IMG/VR virus record: IMGVR_UViG_2630968933_000007
Location: 1 to 64,000 of that record
DNA: 64,000 nt
Direction: 5' to 3' (one strand)
From: a virus
Taxonomy: Duplodnaviria; Heunggongvirae; Uroviricota; Caudoviricetes
Below are positions 39,902 through 49,500 of this stretch, in pieces. The notes under the pieces are model-generated. The model did no database searches. It had not been told where the DNA came from and worked only from the letters and a program-made list of their open reading frames with translations. The position numbers and the translations under genes are program-made. Position 1 is the first letter of the stretch. The number at the start of each line of letters is the position of its first letter.

Positions 39902-41166
39902 CAAAAAAACCGTGGCGCGCAGGAAAGGATTTATCTGCGGTTGTGGAAAATATGGAGATAGGGACAGGACAACGTGGCGATGGTCGTCATGCTTTTGTAA
40001 CCCGTGAAGAACTGGTCGGTCTGAAGCTGGCCCGTCGCCGGACTTCAGGTGGTGCCGCATATGCCCTTAATCCGGGGATTGAGATGGACAGCTCTGTAAT
40101 GGTCGTTGATTTCCCATCGAAACCTCAGAATTTTAAGGCGACAGGGGGATTTGGCTCGGTACTGCTTGAATGGGATATGCCGAATTATCGCGGTCATTCA
40201 CTGACTGAAATCTGGCGGGGTACGGAGGATGACCTTTCGGATGCGGTGCTGGTTGCCACGACGCCGGGGCAGGTTTACGGTGATCCGGTTGATCCGGGCT
40301 GGTCGGGATTCTACTGGATACGCTTTGTTAATGCAGCGGGAGTGAAAGGGCCATGGAACGCGGTAAAAGGCACTCCCGCACAAACCCAGATAAGCGTTCA
40401 GGCCATTATTGACCAGATCAAGGAGGAGGCTGCAAAGTCACCGGTGGTGGAAGAGCTGCGTAAGGAAATAAAGAATGCTCAGGGGCAGGCAGTAAAGGAC
40501 GCGGCAATCGAGACGACGGAAGTTGTGGGTAATCTCAGGGAAGAAACACTGAAAACTATCGGTGGTATTGATACCCGTGTTACGGGGATGAATAAGTCAA
40601 CCAGTGAAGAGCTTAATAAGGTAAATGAGCGCATCACTAAGGTGGATAAAGAAGGCGGTGAAGCTTTCCTGGCCATGTGGTCAAAAAAGACCGGCGTTGA
40701 GGGAATTACTGCGGGGATCGGAATTGTTGCAGGAAAAGATGGTGAAGGGAAGCCGGTAAGCCAGGTTGCAATTTCGGCATCGCAGTTGTTTGTCTTTGAC
40801 CCGAACAACCCGGATAACACAGCCTATCCCTTTGCGGTGTCAGGTGGAAAAGTTGTTATTCCCAAAGCGATGATTTATGACGCGGTGATTGAAACACTGG
40901 TGTCGCGGAAGGTTGTGGCAGATGAAGTAAAAGCCGGGGCAAGTATCACGTCGCCTGTTATCCGTAGTGCTGTTATTCAGAACGGGAACTTTCAGGTTGA
41001 TTCTCAGGGTAACCTGAATATTGGTGGCCTTTTTAGTGTTACGTCGCAGGGGCAACTGACAATTCGTTACTCTAATCAGAATGTTGGGCTGGTGATCCGC
41101 AATGATAAAATTGAAGTTTATGACCAGAACGGACGCCTGGCTGTTCGCATAGGCAGGTTAAGCTGA
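39898..41166 (+). CDS. Putative tail fibre/host-specificity protein
   Basis: 422-aa ORF; FN3-like segment ...PSKPQNFKATGGFGSVLLEWD... Confidence 0.5.
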   Translation: MTKKPWRAGKDLSAVVENMEIGTGQRGDGRHAFVTREELVGLKLARRRTSGGAAYALNPGIEMDSSVMVVDFPSKPQNFKATGGFGSVLLEWDMPNYRGHSLTEIWRGTEDDLSDAVLVATTPGQVYGDPVDPGWSGFYWIRFVNAAGVKGPWNAVKGTPAQTQISVQAIIDQIKEEAAKSPVVEELRKEIKNAQGQAVKDAAIETTEVVGNLREETLKTIGGIDTRVTGMNKSTSEELNKVNERITKVDKEGGEAFLAMWSKKTGVEGITAGIGIVAGKDGEGKPVSQVAISASQLFVFDPNNPDNTAYPFAVSGGKVVIPKAMIYDAVIETLVSRKVVADEVKAGASITSPVIRSAVIQNGNFQVDSQGNLNIGGLFSVTSQGQLTIRYSNQNVGLVIRNDKIEVYDQNGRLAVRIGRLS

Positions 41167-41180
41167 TCCGGAGGCTGACA

Positions 41181-41462
41181 TTGGCAGAATATGGTTTTGC
41201 AATATACAACAGAAACAATGTTAATGTTACGGGCGTGCTTACTCCCATATTTTTCCTGGACAGGTTTACGGCGGAGTCGGGATCAAAAACGTATACGAAT
41301 AAACCAGAAGGGAAAACATTGCAGGCAGTCTGTTCATTATTTCCGTGGAATAATGTATTTAAGGACCGGAAAGTACCGAAGATAACCATTAATGGCAATA
41401 CGGTGACGTGGTCGAATCTTGAGCAGGGGATGGGGTCATATATTTATACATTCTGGGGGTGA
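41181..41462 (+). CDS. Hypothetical protein
   Basis: 93-aa ORF. Confidence 0.4.
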   Translation: MAEYGFAIYNRNNVNVTGVLTPIFFLDRFTAESGSKTYTNKPEGKTLQAVCSLFPWNNVFKDRKVPKITINGNTVTWSNLEQGMGSYIYTFWG

Positions 41463-42085
41463 GTTGTATGTATGGTTTAAGCATTACGAAACCAGATGGC
41501 AGCTTGTGGATAAGCCCGGGGTTTACGCCTCAGTGTCTGATCAATAAGGGAACTATTCCGGCGACTGAGAAGGCTTTTTTTAAAACATCAATCCCGTCAG
41601 GAAAAAGTTGTTTTTTCTTTATCAGAACAGAGAAAAAGGCCGATGTCATGTACACACATGAACAGATTGATGGATATCATGCCTTAAGGCTTCATCAAAT
41701 TGTCAGGGGAACGAATCCTGGTGTTACGACTGTTTATGCTTTTGCGAATATGGTTACTCAACCTTCTGAGTATGGTATTGCCATGTATAACCCGTCGGGT
41801 GAGATGATTTACCATGGCGAAATGATGCTGCTTGACGCGAAGTTAATACCTGTTGATATCAAATTTGAAAAAGATCTCGGATATCCATGTGCAATTATGC
41901 CTGCACTGGTTGGGTATTATAACTGGCAGCGTACACCTTATGACCGACCGATTTACACCACATCAACGGGGGCTACAGGAAATAAAATATATTCCTGTGA
42001 GCATTATTCCGGTCGTGCAACATGGGATATTCGGAAGCCGTATATAGATAAAGTGCTGGTCATTAATTCATCAATATATGACTGA
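41459..42085 (+). CDS. Hypothetical protein
   Basis: 208-aa ORF. Confidence 0.45.
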   Translation: MSCMYGLSITKPDGSLWISPGFTPQCLINKGTIPATEKAFFKTSIPSGKSCFFFIRTEKKADVMYTHEQIDGYHALRLHQIVRGTNPGVTTVYAFANMVTQPSEYGIAMYNPSGEMIYHGEMMLLDAKLIPVDIKFEKDLGYPCAIMPALVGYYNWQRTPYDRPIYTTSTGATGNKIYSCEHYSGRATWDIRKPYIDKVLVINSSIYD

Positions 42086-42171
42086 TATGCCTGTCAGTAT
42101 GAATATTAAGTAATAAAACTAAATTCATCTTAGATAATACGGGGTTATTTTATTATAGGAAAAGTCTAAAA

Positions 42172-42906
42172 ATGAAACATGCCAGAATTATTTTTGCGTG
42201 CACAACTTTTGTGATGAGTTTTGTAGCAGCCCCTGCCTGTGCAGCACAAGGTGACAGTACAGTTTCTTTCGGATACGCTCATCTTCAGCTCTCTGGACTG
42301 AACAATTTTGTTAAGGATTTAAGTCTTTATAATCTTGATACTTTTAACCGTTTTACAAACAGACACTACTTCAATTCAGGCGAATATGCAGATGCTTCTG
42401 TCCGGGGGCATGATGGCAAAGGCAAATCTCCTCAGGGGATGAGCATCAGGTATCGTTATGAGATAACGGATGAGATTGGTGTTATAACATCTTTTACATG
42501 GGCGCGTTCTATGACTAATGCGCAGGCATTTATTGATATTAACCCAGGAGATGAATCCAGAGAGGTTAAAAATCCGGCAGCTTCAGCGAGAACTGATATC
42601 AGGGCTAATTACTGGAGTCTACTATCCGGTCCTTCGTGGCGGTTTAACGAATACCTCAGTGTGTATGCAATGGCTGGTATGGGGGTTGAAAAAGTCACCA
42701 CTGACTTGAAAATTAACGACAATCTTAATCATGGTGCCGGTAGTTTTTCTGAAAGCAAGAGTACTAAAAAAACAGCACTTGCATGGGCTGCTGGTGCACA
42801 ATTTAACCTGAATGAAAGTGTTGCTATGGATGTCGCGTATGAAAGCTCCGGATCCGGTGACTGGCGCACGAGTGGGGTTATTGTAGGCATTGGCCTGAAA
42901 TTCTGA
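42172..42906 (+). CDS. lom: Lom/Ail/PagC-family outer-membrane protein
   Basis: Signal peptide; C-terminal ...ESSGSGDWRTSGVIVGIGLKF matches Lom; AT-rich upstream. Confidence 0.8.
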   Translation: MKHARIIFACTTFVMSFVAAPACAAQGDSTVSFGYAHLQLSGLNNFVKDLSLYNLDTFNRFTNRHYFNSGEYADASVRGHDGKGKSPQGMSIRYRYEITDEIGVITSFTWARSMTNAQAFIDINPGDESREVKNPAASARTDIRANYWSLLSGPSWRFNEYLSVYAMAGMGVEKVTTDLKINDNLNHGAGSFSESKSTKKTALAWAAGAQFNLNESVAMDVAYESSGSGDWRTSGVIVGIGLKF

Positions 42907-42928
42907 GTAATACCCGACAACATGTCAT

Positions 42929-42953
42929 AACCCGCTGTGATGGCGGGTTTTTT
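42929..42953 (+). terminator. Intrinsic terminator after lom
   Basis: cccgc...gcggg stem + tttttt. Confidence 0.65.
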
Positions 42954-43136
42954 GTTGCCCGTGCAGGGCAAAAATCGTAGATTATGCGCGGGTGCCTTTC
43001 GGCTGATGGCTGGAAGGTGAACCTGAAGGCCTGATGTGGAAAGGCCCCGAGTCAACTTTAACGTTAACCCGAGGCCCTGACACTTCTTTCCTTGAAAGTA
43101 GAAGGTTAGCGCCTCTCCACTCAGGAGGCAAGCGCT

Positions 43137-43275
43137 ATGTCGCAAAAATCGCTTATCACCGTCACAATTTGCATGACGGTAATCTTCACCATCTGGATGT
43201 TACACGGTTCGCTGTGTGAGTTCCGGCTGAATTTGTGGGGAGCGGAGTTTGCGGCGTTCTTACAGTGTAAGCAGT
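43137..43275 (+). CDS. hok: Hok/Gef-family type I toxin (45 aa), below the ORF-track size cutoff
   Basis: MSQKSLITVTICMTVIFTIWMLHGSLCEFRLNLWGAEFAAFLQCKQ: TM segment then SLCE.R...G.E.AAF pattern; SD aggagg; downstream GAAA-loop hairpin 43282-43303. Confidence 0.7.
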
Positions 43276-43333
43276 AGGAAAACCGCGACGGGGACGAAAG
43301 TCCCCGTCAACTGGTTGCTGAGGTTCAGCCGAT

Positions 43334-43735
43334 ATGGCACCCGTTTCAGGTGAGAGAATGGACGACAAAATTCTCCGGTATATGCAGCGTGTTGTGAGAA
43401 ATTCCCGCAACCCTGAATTTATGAATGAAGTTAAAGACGCCTGCCTTAAAAAGCAGGCGTTTTGCTTTGAAGCGCCGGATGGTTTTCTGGTGCTGCGTTC
43501 TGTGCTCAGTGACGATGGTATCCCTTATGTTCTGGTGTTACTGGGCGTGTGTACGGGGAGTAAGAGTGTTGAGCGTTATCTGCCGGAGGTGAAGACATTA
43601 ACCCGCCTGGCTGGCGGACGCTGGGCCGAATTTCATACGGCAAGACGAGGATTTATCCGGCTGGGAAAACGTCTGGGCTTTGAGCGAATGCCGGATGATG
43701 AGGATGGCTTCATGGTGTTCAGGATAGCAGTCTGA
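43334..43735 (+). CDS. Hypothetical protein
   Basis: 133-aa ORF. Confidence 0.5.
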   Translation: MAPVSGERMDDKILRYMQRVVRNSRNPEFMNEVKDACLKKQAFCFEAPDGFLVLRSVLSDDGIPYVLVLLGVCTGSKSVERYLPEVKTLTRLAGGRWAEFHTARRGFIRLGKRLGFERMPDDEDGFMVFRIAV

Positions 43736-43828
43736 CTGCCACTGTATTCATCATCGAGCGTAAACCCACATTGCAATTCACATTCTGACCCTGCTCCGGC
43801 AGGGTTTTTTGTTATCTGAGGAGCCATT

Positions 43829-44485
43829 ATGGGCGGAAGTAAAGGTGGTGGTGATACCAAAGTAAAACCAACAGCAGCGCAAATAGCACAGGAAGAGGTG
43901 GCCTGGAAAGGGTGGCAGGATTACAAAAATATTCTCCGTCCGGCAGAAGATAACTTCATGAAAAAGGTCGATGACCTTAACAGTGAGCAGCAGTACGAAA
44001 ATATCGCAGGCACAACAAATCTTGGGTATCAGAAACAGTTTGGTGAAGCGCGAAGGGAGCTGGCGGGTAATCTTGCTCAGTCCGGCGTTGACCCATCCAG
44101 TGGTCGTTTTAATGCAGTAATGGATGCAAATCAAAGCGACCAGGTGATCGGGCAGATTGACACGACCACACGGGGGCAGGTATCGCAGGCAGATAAATAT
44201 ATTGCCGGGCTACAGGATGTTGCGGCTCTCGGTTCCGGTCAGAAGGCAGATGCGTTACAGAGTTTTAACTCCCTGGCTGACAGCAGTCTGGCAAAAGCCA
44301 AATCGGACGCACAGGCTGCGTTTACGAAACAGCAGGGGCGAGCCTCTCTTGTTGGCGCTGGTCTGGGTGCGGTTGGTGCATATGCGATGCATAAGGCTGG
44401 CGGTAGCGGAGGAAGTGGCGGTGCTAAAACACCTGGCACCGGCGCTAATGCCATTCAGCATCAGGCTCAGAACTGGAGACTGTGA
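43829..44485 (+). CDS. Hypothetical virion/internal protein
   Basis: 218-aa ORF, Gly-rich C-terminus. Confidence 0.45.
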   Translation: MGGSKGGGDTKVKPTAAQIAQEEVAWKGWQDYKNILRPAEDNFMKKVDDLNSEQQYENIAGTTNLGYQKQFGEARRELAGNLAQSGVDPSSGRFNAVMDANQSDQVIGQIDTTTRGQVSQADKYIAGLQDVAALGSGQKADALQSFNSLADSSLAKAKSDAQAAFTKQQGRASLVGAGLGAVGAYAMHKAGGSGGSGGAKTPGTGANAIQHQAQNWRL

Positions 44486-44934
44486 TTATGGAGTACGGTA
44501 AATACGAAACTCTCGCAAGGGCTGGTTATTCAGGAGCAGCCCGCCCACAGGGTGACTGGCAGACGTCAGCAGCGCTGACACGCCAACAATACGACGACTG
44601 GCGAACCAGATATTTGCCCCGCGTGGCAAGGCTGGCTGACCTTGGCGAGAACAACAGCCTGATGAATGCGCAGCTTGCCCGGGTGGGCGGCCTTGCCACT
44701 TCCAGTCTCCGTACAGCGCAGATGGCGCAGGATAACCAGATGGCACGATATGGCGTTAACCGACCTGATAATCCCAACAGTAATACGCTGGGGTTACGTA
44801 ATGCCCTGGCAATTGCTGGCGCGAAAAATGGTATCCGTGAAGCAGAGCAGGATCGTCAGATGAACATACTGACGGGGGCTTCTGCACCTGCAAGACAGCA
44901 ACTGAGTGTTGGCGGACAACTGGTGTCAGCTTAA
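44482..44934 (+). CDS. Hypothetical virion/internal protein
   Basis: 150-aa ORF, coupled. Confidence 0.45.
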   Translation: MIMEYGKYETLARAGYSGAARPQGDWQTSAALTRQQYDDWRTRYLPRVARLADLGENNSLMNAQLARVGGLATSSLRTAQMAQDNQMARYGVNRPDNPNSNTLGLRNALAIAGAKNGIREAEQDRQMNILTGASAPARQQLSVGGQLVSA

Positions 44935-44943
44935 GGAGGAAAT

Positions 44944-45195
44944 ATGGGATACGGTTTACTGGATATTGCGAATCAGTCACGGCGTGAGGCATTACAGGGA
45001 ATAAGTGACGCCGACAGGCGACGTGAAGAAATTGAGGCTGCTAACAAGCAGATGGCGGCGCAACAGAAAGCGCAGAACAAGCAGAATATCGGTACGGGCA
45101 TTGGTACGGGGGCGGCTATGGGCGCTGCCGTTGGTGGTCTCCCCGGTGCGGCTATTGGTGCTGTCATAGGTGGTCTTGCTGGCTCGTTGTTTTAA
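44944..45195 (+). CDS. Hypothetical small protein with Gly-rich membrane-like C-terminus
   Basis: 83-aa ORF. Confidence 0.45.
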   Translation: MGYGLLDIANQSRREALQGISDADRRREEIEAANKQMAAQQKAQNKQNIGTGIGTGAAMGAAVGGLPGAAIGAVIGGLAGSLF

Positions 45196-45205
45196 GGAGT
45201 GGTGA

Positions 45206-46471
45206 ATGAGCGGATTTGCACAGGGGTTACTTGCCGGATTCAGCACGGTTGACCAGGCAATGACCCGTCGTAAGGAGCTTGGTTTGCGAGAAGCACAGCT
45301 TGCTCAGCAACAGAAAAATAACGAGCGAGATTTTGAGTTTGCGCAGTCGCAGTTTGAACATAATAAAAACGTTGATCAGCGTGACTTTGATTACAAAGCC
45401 AAAGTTGATGACCGTGATTATGCGCTTAAAGAACGTGAATTTAACGCCAACCAGAATTACCGGAATGCGTCGCTGGGTATGGAGCAGCAGCGACTCCGGA
45501 TGCAGAAATACAACCAGCGACGGCTTGAGTATAACGATATGCTGGCGCGCGATCAGCCTGTGATGGCGGCGCTTGGAAAGGCTGTGGATGCTGGCGAGCG
45601 GGATGCAGCAATGCGTCTTTACGGCCAGTTGTCAGAGGGTAATCCGCTGAGGCTGATGGCGAATGATGGCTATGTAGCGAAAGCGGGTCAGGCCGTGAAC
45701 AACCTGCAAAAAATCTTTGATGACAAGCCGGACAGGGCGATCGCTTCACTCAATACCCCGGAAAGTCTTGATGCGCTTTCTGGTGTGTTTGCCCCGGAAC
45801 TGCAACAGCGTATTGGCATGCCCGATTCAACCGGGAAAAAGACGATAAAAGAGGCCAGGATTGGCAGTATCGTACCGGCGCAGCAGGAAGGGTACGTACT
45901 TATTGGCCTTGATCTCACATACAGCGATGGCTCCACCGCGCATAAACCTGTAACAGAATACGGCAGTGCACATCCTGATGATCAAACCGTGCTGGCGGTG
46001 CCTGTTGATAAGGCTGTTGAGCTTGTCAGGGATCGCAGTAAATTCGCGGAAATTTCGAAAAATTTCGGCTATTTCACGCCGAAGCAGCAGGGACTTTCTC
46101 TGGCGAAACTTCAGGAAGGAGCCAGCAGTGTAGCGGCGGAAGCGATCAAGAACGGCGGGAATGCTCAGGCGGCGGTGGATGAGTATTACGCTGCAACTGG
46201 TTCACCGCAACATCAGCAGAAAATTCAGCAGCAAAAAATTCAACAAGGGATTACCAGTTGGGCGGGTGATGATCCGGATAAGCAGGCATTCGCCAGAGAA
46301 GTTGCTTCCCGTCAGCCAGAAATGCTGGAGCCTCAGAATCAGAAATTGCTGGAGAACGGGTATGCGAATTTTCTCCGTATTCAAAAGGCCAGGGGGGAAC
46401 AGGCCAGAGATGATAGTGCGGCCTCTGCATCTGAGTTTATCCGTGGTCTGAAACAGAATTACGCGCAGTAA
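45206..46471 (+). CDS. Hypothetical virion/internal protein
   Basis: 421-aa ORF. Confidence 0.5.
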   Translation: MSGFAQGLLAGFSTVDQAMTRRKELGLREAQLAQQQKNNERDFEFAQSQFEHNKNVDQRDFDYKAKVDDRDYALKEREFNANQNYRNASLGMEQQRLRMQKYNQRRLEYNDMLARDQPVMAALGKAVDAGERDAAMRLYGQLSEGNPLRLMANDGYVAKAGQAVNNLQKIFDDKPDRAIASLNTPESLDALSGVFAPELQQRIGMPDSTGKKTIKEARIGSIVPAQQEGYVLIGLDLTYSDGSTAHKPVTEYGSAHPDDQTVLAVPVDKAVELVRDRSKFAEISKNFGYFTPKQQGLSLAKLQEGASSVAAEAIKNGGNAQAAVDEYYAATGSPQHQQKIQQQKIQQGITSWAGDDPDKQAFAREVASRQPEMLEPQNQKLLENGYANFLRIQKARGEQARDDSAASASEFIRGLKQNYAQ

Positions 46472-46539
46472 TTCACCATTCCCGTTAATACTATTTCCTG
46501 ATACCCGGTCATTGTGCCGGGTTTTTTTATGGAGTCTGT

Positions 46540-49500
46540 ATGGCTTATTCCGATGAACAGCGCCCTGAAGCGCAATTTGGCAACCAGAACCGCAACAGCC
46601 TGAACATTCAGCAGCCGGGCGAGACTGACCGCTATGATGCGTTTTTCTCCGATCCCAATCGCTGGAAGGACAACAGCACGTCGTTCAGCCTGGGCGATGT
46701 ATTGCCAACTATGGGGAAAGGTGTCGCCCAGTCCGTCCGGGGGGCAGGGGAAATGGCCCGTGGACTCGGTGATGCGATGATTCAGAGCCCGGTAAAAACA
46801 GGGGCGCGTATTTTAAATGAGTTCAGCCGTATGGGGCTGCCGGGAGTCGCAACTGTTCAGGATATTTTTGTCGGTGGCAGCAAGGGGGCGGATGAGGTCA
46901 TCGACACTCTGCCTGATGGAAAAAATGCGGTTACTGATATTGTCGGTAAAGGTCTGAAGGTCACAGGCAAGGCAGTCAGTGGCGGCGCTAAAGCCTCGGA
47001 TGAATGGCTGACTGGCAAGATGTCGCCGGGGGCGCTGCGGGCGCTGAATACACCGATGACTGAAGGATATGATGATTCTGCGGTCTGGGTGGCGAAGGGC
47101 GTAAACCTGATTGGTGCCCTTGTACCTGATATGGTTGCAGGCGGTGTGACTAAAAAGCTGGGTGAAGTCACTCTGCGAAAAATGCTGACCGCCGGGCTGG
47201 AGAAAAAATACATTGCGGCAGGGATGCAGCCGGAAAGAGCTACCGCACTGGCAGCAGAAGCTGTCGATAAAAAAATGCCGGATTTATTCCAGGCAGGCCT
47301 GATCACCCATTCCTCAGCCAGCGCACAGGGGCAGAGTGCAATGGCAGCAGCAGACTCTGTTCTTAACGCGGATTACTCTGAGCTGGCGAAGTCCCCGAAA
47401 TTTCAGCAGATGTTTTTGTCAATTGATGCAGATCCGCAGCACGCACAGCTTACTGATCGCCAGAAAATGGATCTGGCAAAAGAGCGTGTTGCCGATGAGG
47501 TGCGCGCGCAGCTGGCAACAGATCCTGAATTGCTGGCTGTGAATGCCATGGCGGCAAAACTGGGCGATGCTCAGTTGCTTAATCTGGCGATGCGGGGCAC
47601 GGCGAAGACCGTTAAAAGCGGCATTGTCAGAAATGCCACGGAACAGGGGACGATTAATGCGGCGCAGGGTGGCTATTCACGCTATCAGGAAAACACGGCA
47701 TTGCGTGAGACTGCCGGAATGGATGTATCACCATGGGAGGGGGTAGCTGACGCAACGATCGAAGGAGCCGCTCTTGGTGCAGCGATGGGCGCACCGTTCG
47801 GTGCGGTTGCCGGATATCGTGGAAAACGTCAGGCCGCAGAAGAAACCGCCATGCGTGAGGCTGAAGTCGTACAGCAGGGTGAAGCAGCCCCGCAACCCGA
47901 ACCGGCTGATCCGGTGGCACAGCATCGCGAATCCATGCAGGGCATGAATCGCGAGCAACTTCTGGAACAGTATGCTGATGCGGATATGGCACATGAGGGA
48001 GACACGTCTGCCGTTCATCGCCGGGAAGCCGCCAGCCAGCTGTTGAATGAACTGGATGAACAGGCGAAGCGACAGGCGGTAATGGATGAGCTGAAGGCGA
48101 AGCCGCGCCCTGAACTGCTTGAGGAATACCGAAAACTCAGCCTGAAGGAAGGGCGTACTGATACTGAAGAGCAGCAGTTACAGGCTATCCGTGATGTGCT
48201 TCGCCCTCAGCAGGAGGCCAGACCGGAGGCACAGCCACAGCCGGAAAATGCGGATGATGGCGACGGGAGTATTTACCCGACGGTGCGGTTCCGCGATCCG
48301 GATGAAGTTCGTATTGAAATTAACGGGAGTGGTGCGTCCAGACCAGCAGAACGCATTGAAAAGGTGCGTCCGGACAACCGTTATTTCACGGATGAAAAAA
48401 GTGCTCTGGGGAGCGACGTTTTCCGCAATGCCAGCGCCACCGGCCTGAAACCGTCCGTAGTAAAGAAAGGCGAGAATCAGTATGCCGTTGAAATGGATAA
48501 TCCTGCGTTCTCTGAAGATGTGGCAACGGAGACCATTAACACCCTGGCTGACGGAGAGCGTATTGCTGATGCTGAACCGATGGAGCAGCCCGCGTTCATG
48601 CGTGACCCGCGATTCCGTGGTTTCACGGGGGATGATACAGAAGTGCAGGCCCGCCTTGCCCGTGGCAACGCGCCGACGGCAGAGGAGCTTGTACGTTCAC
48701 AGATGGCTGAAGGTGATGCCGGTCCGACAGCACAGGAGTTAACTGAGCGTCCACGCCTTCCCGCTCCCGGTGATATTCATCCCGGACAGGGATATCCGTT
48801 ACCAGGAGAAGTGGCGCGTACGCCGGATGAAAATCAGGCCGGACGTGGTGGTCGTTTTACCACAACCGGTGAGGTGAAGGGCCAGAGTTTCCAGAAAGGA
48901 CGTGCGCAGGCACCGGAAAATGCCGCTGGTCGCCGGGGGGAAATACTGGAGGGCGAACCGGTTCGTCGTGGTCTGCCGTCACCGGATGAGCAGAACGCCA
49001 CAGCACCAGTGCGTGAAGGACTTCCTGCACCTGAAAGTCAGCGTGGGGTTGATATGCCACAGCCTGAATCACTCCCTCGTATGGTTCGTGACTCCCTTCC
49101 GGAACTGGCACAGCAGGCAGAAGCACGCAGACAGACCGGGGATAATCGCCAGACCATAACCGATGTTCCGGATACTGAGGTGCCGATGCCGGTAGATAAA
49201 CCGAGCACTCACCAGCAGGCGCGTGGTGCGAAAATTGAAGACTTTGGTGAAGAAATTAAGGGCGCGGCAAAACACCGTTATGCACAGCTTGCCGAAACAC
49301 TGGGTAAAACGCTGGAAGACAGGGATTATTTCACGCAGCCGCTGAGCAAAGTGTTCCCGAAACCGGACTATGCAAAACTGGCGAACGAAGGGGCCGACGC
49401 TGACACACTGGCAATGATAGCGCTGTATCGTAGCGATATTCCGGCGAAGACGAAACACAATACGGCTGGCTGGGGGGAGAGCGTAAAAAAAGTACGACAC

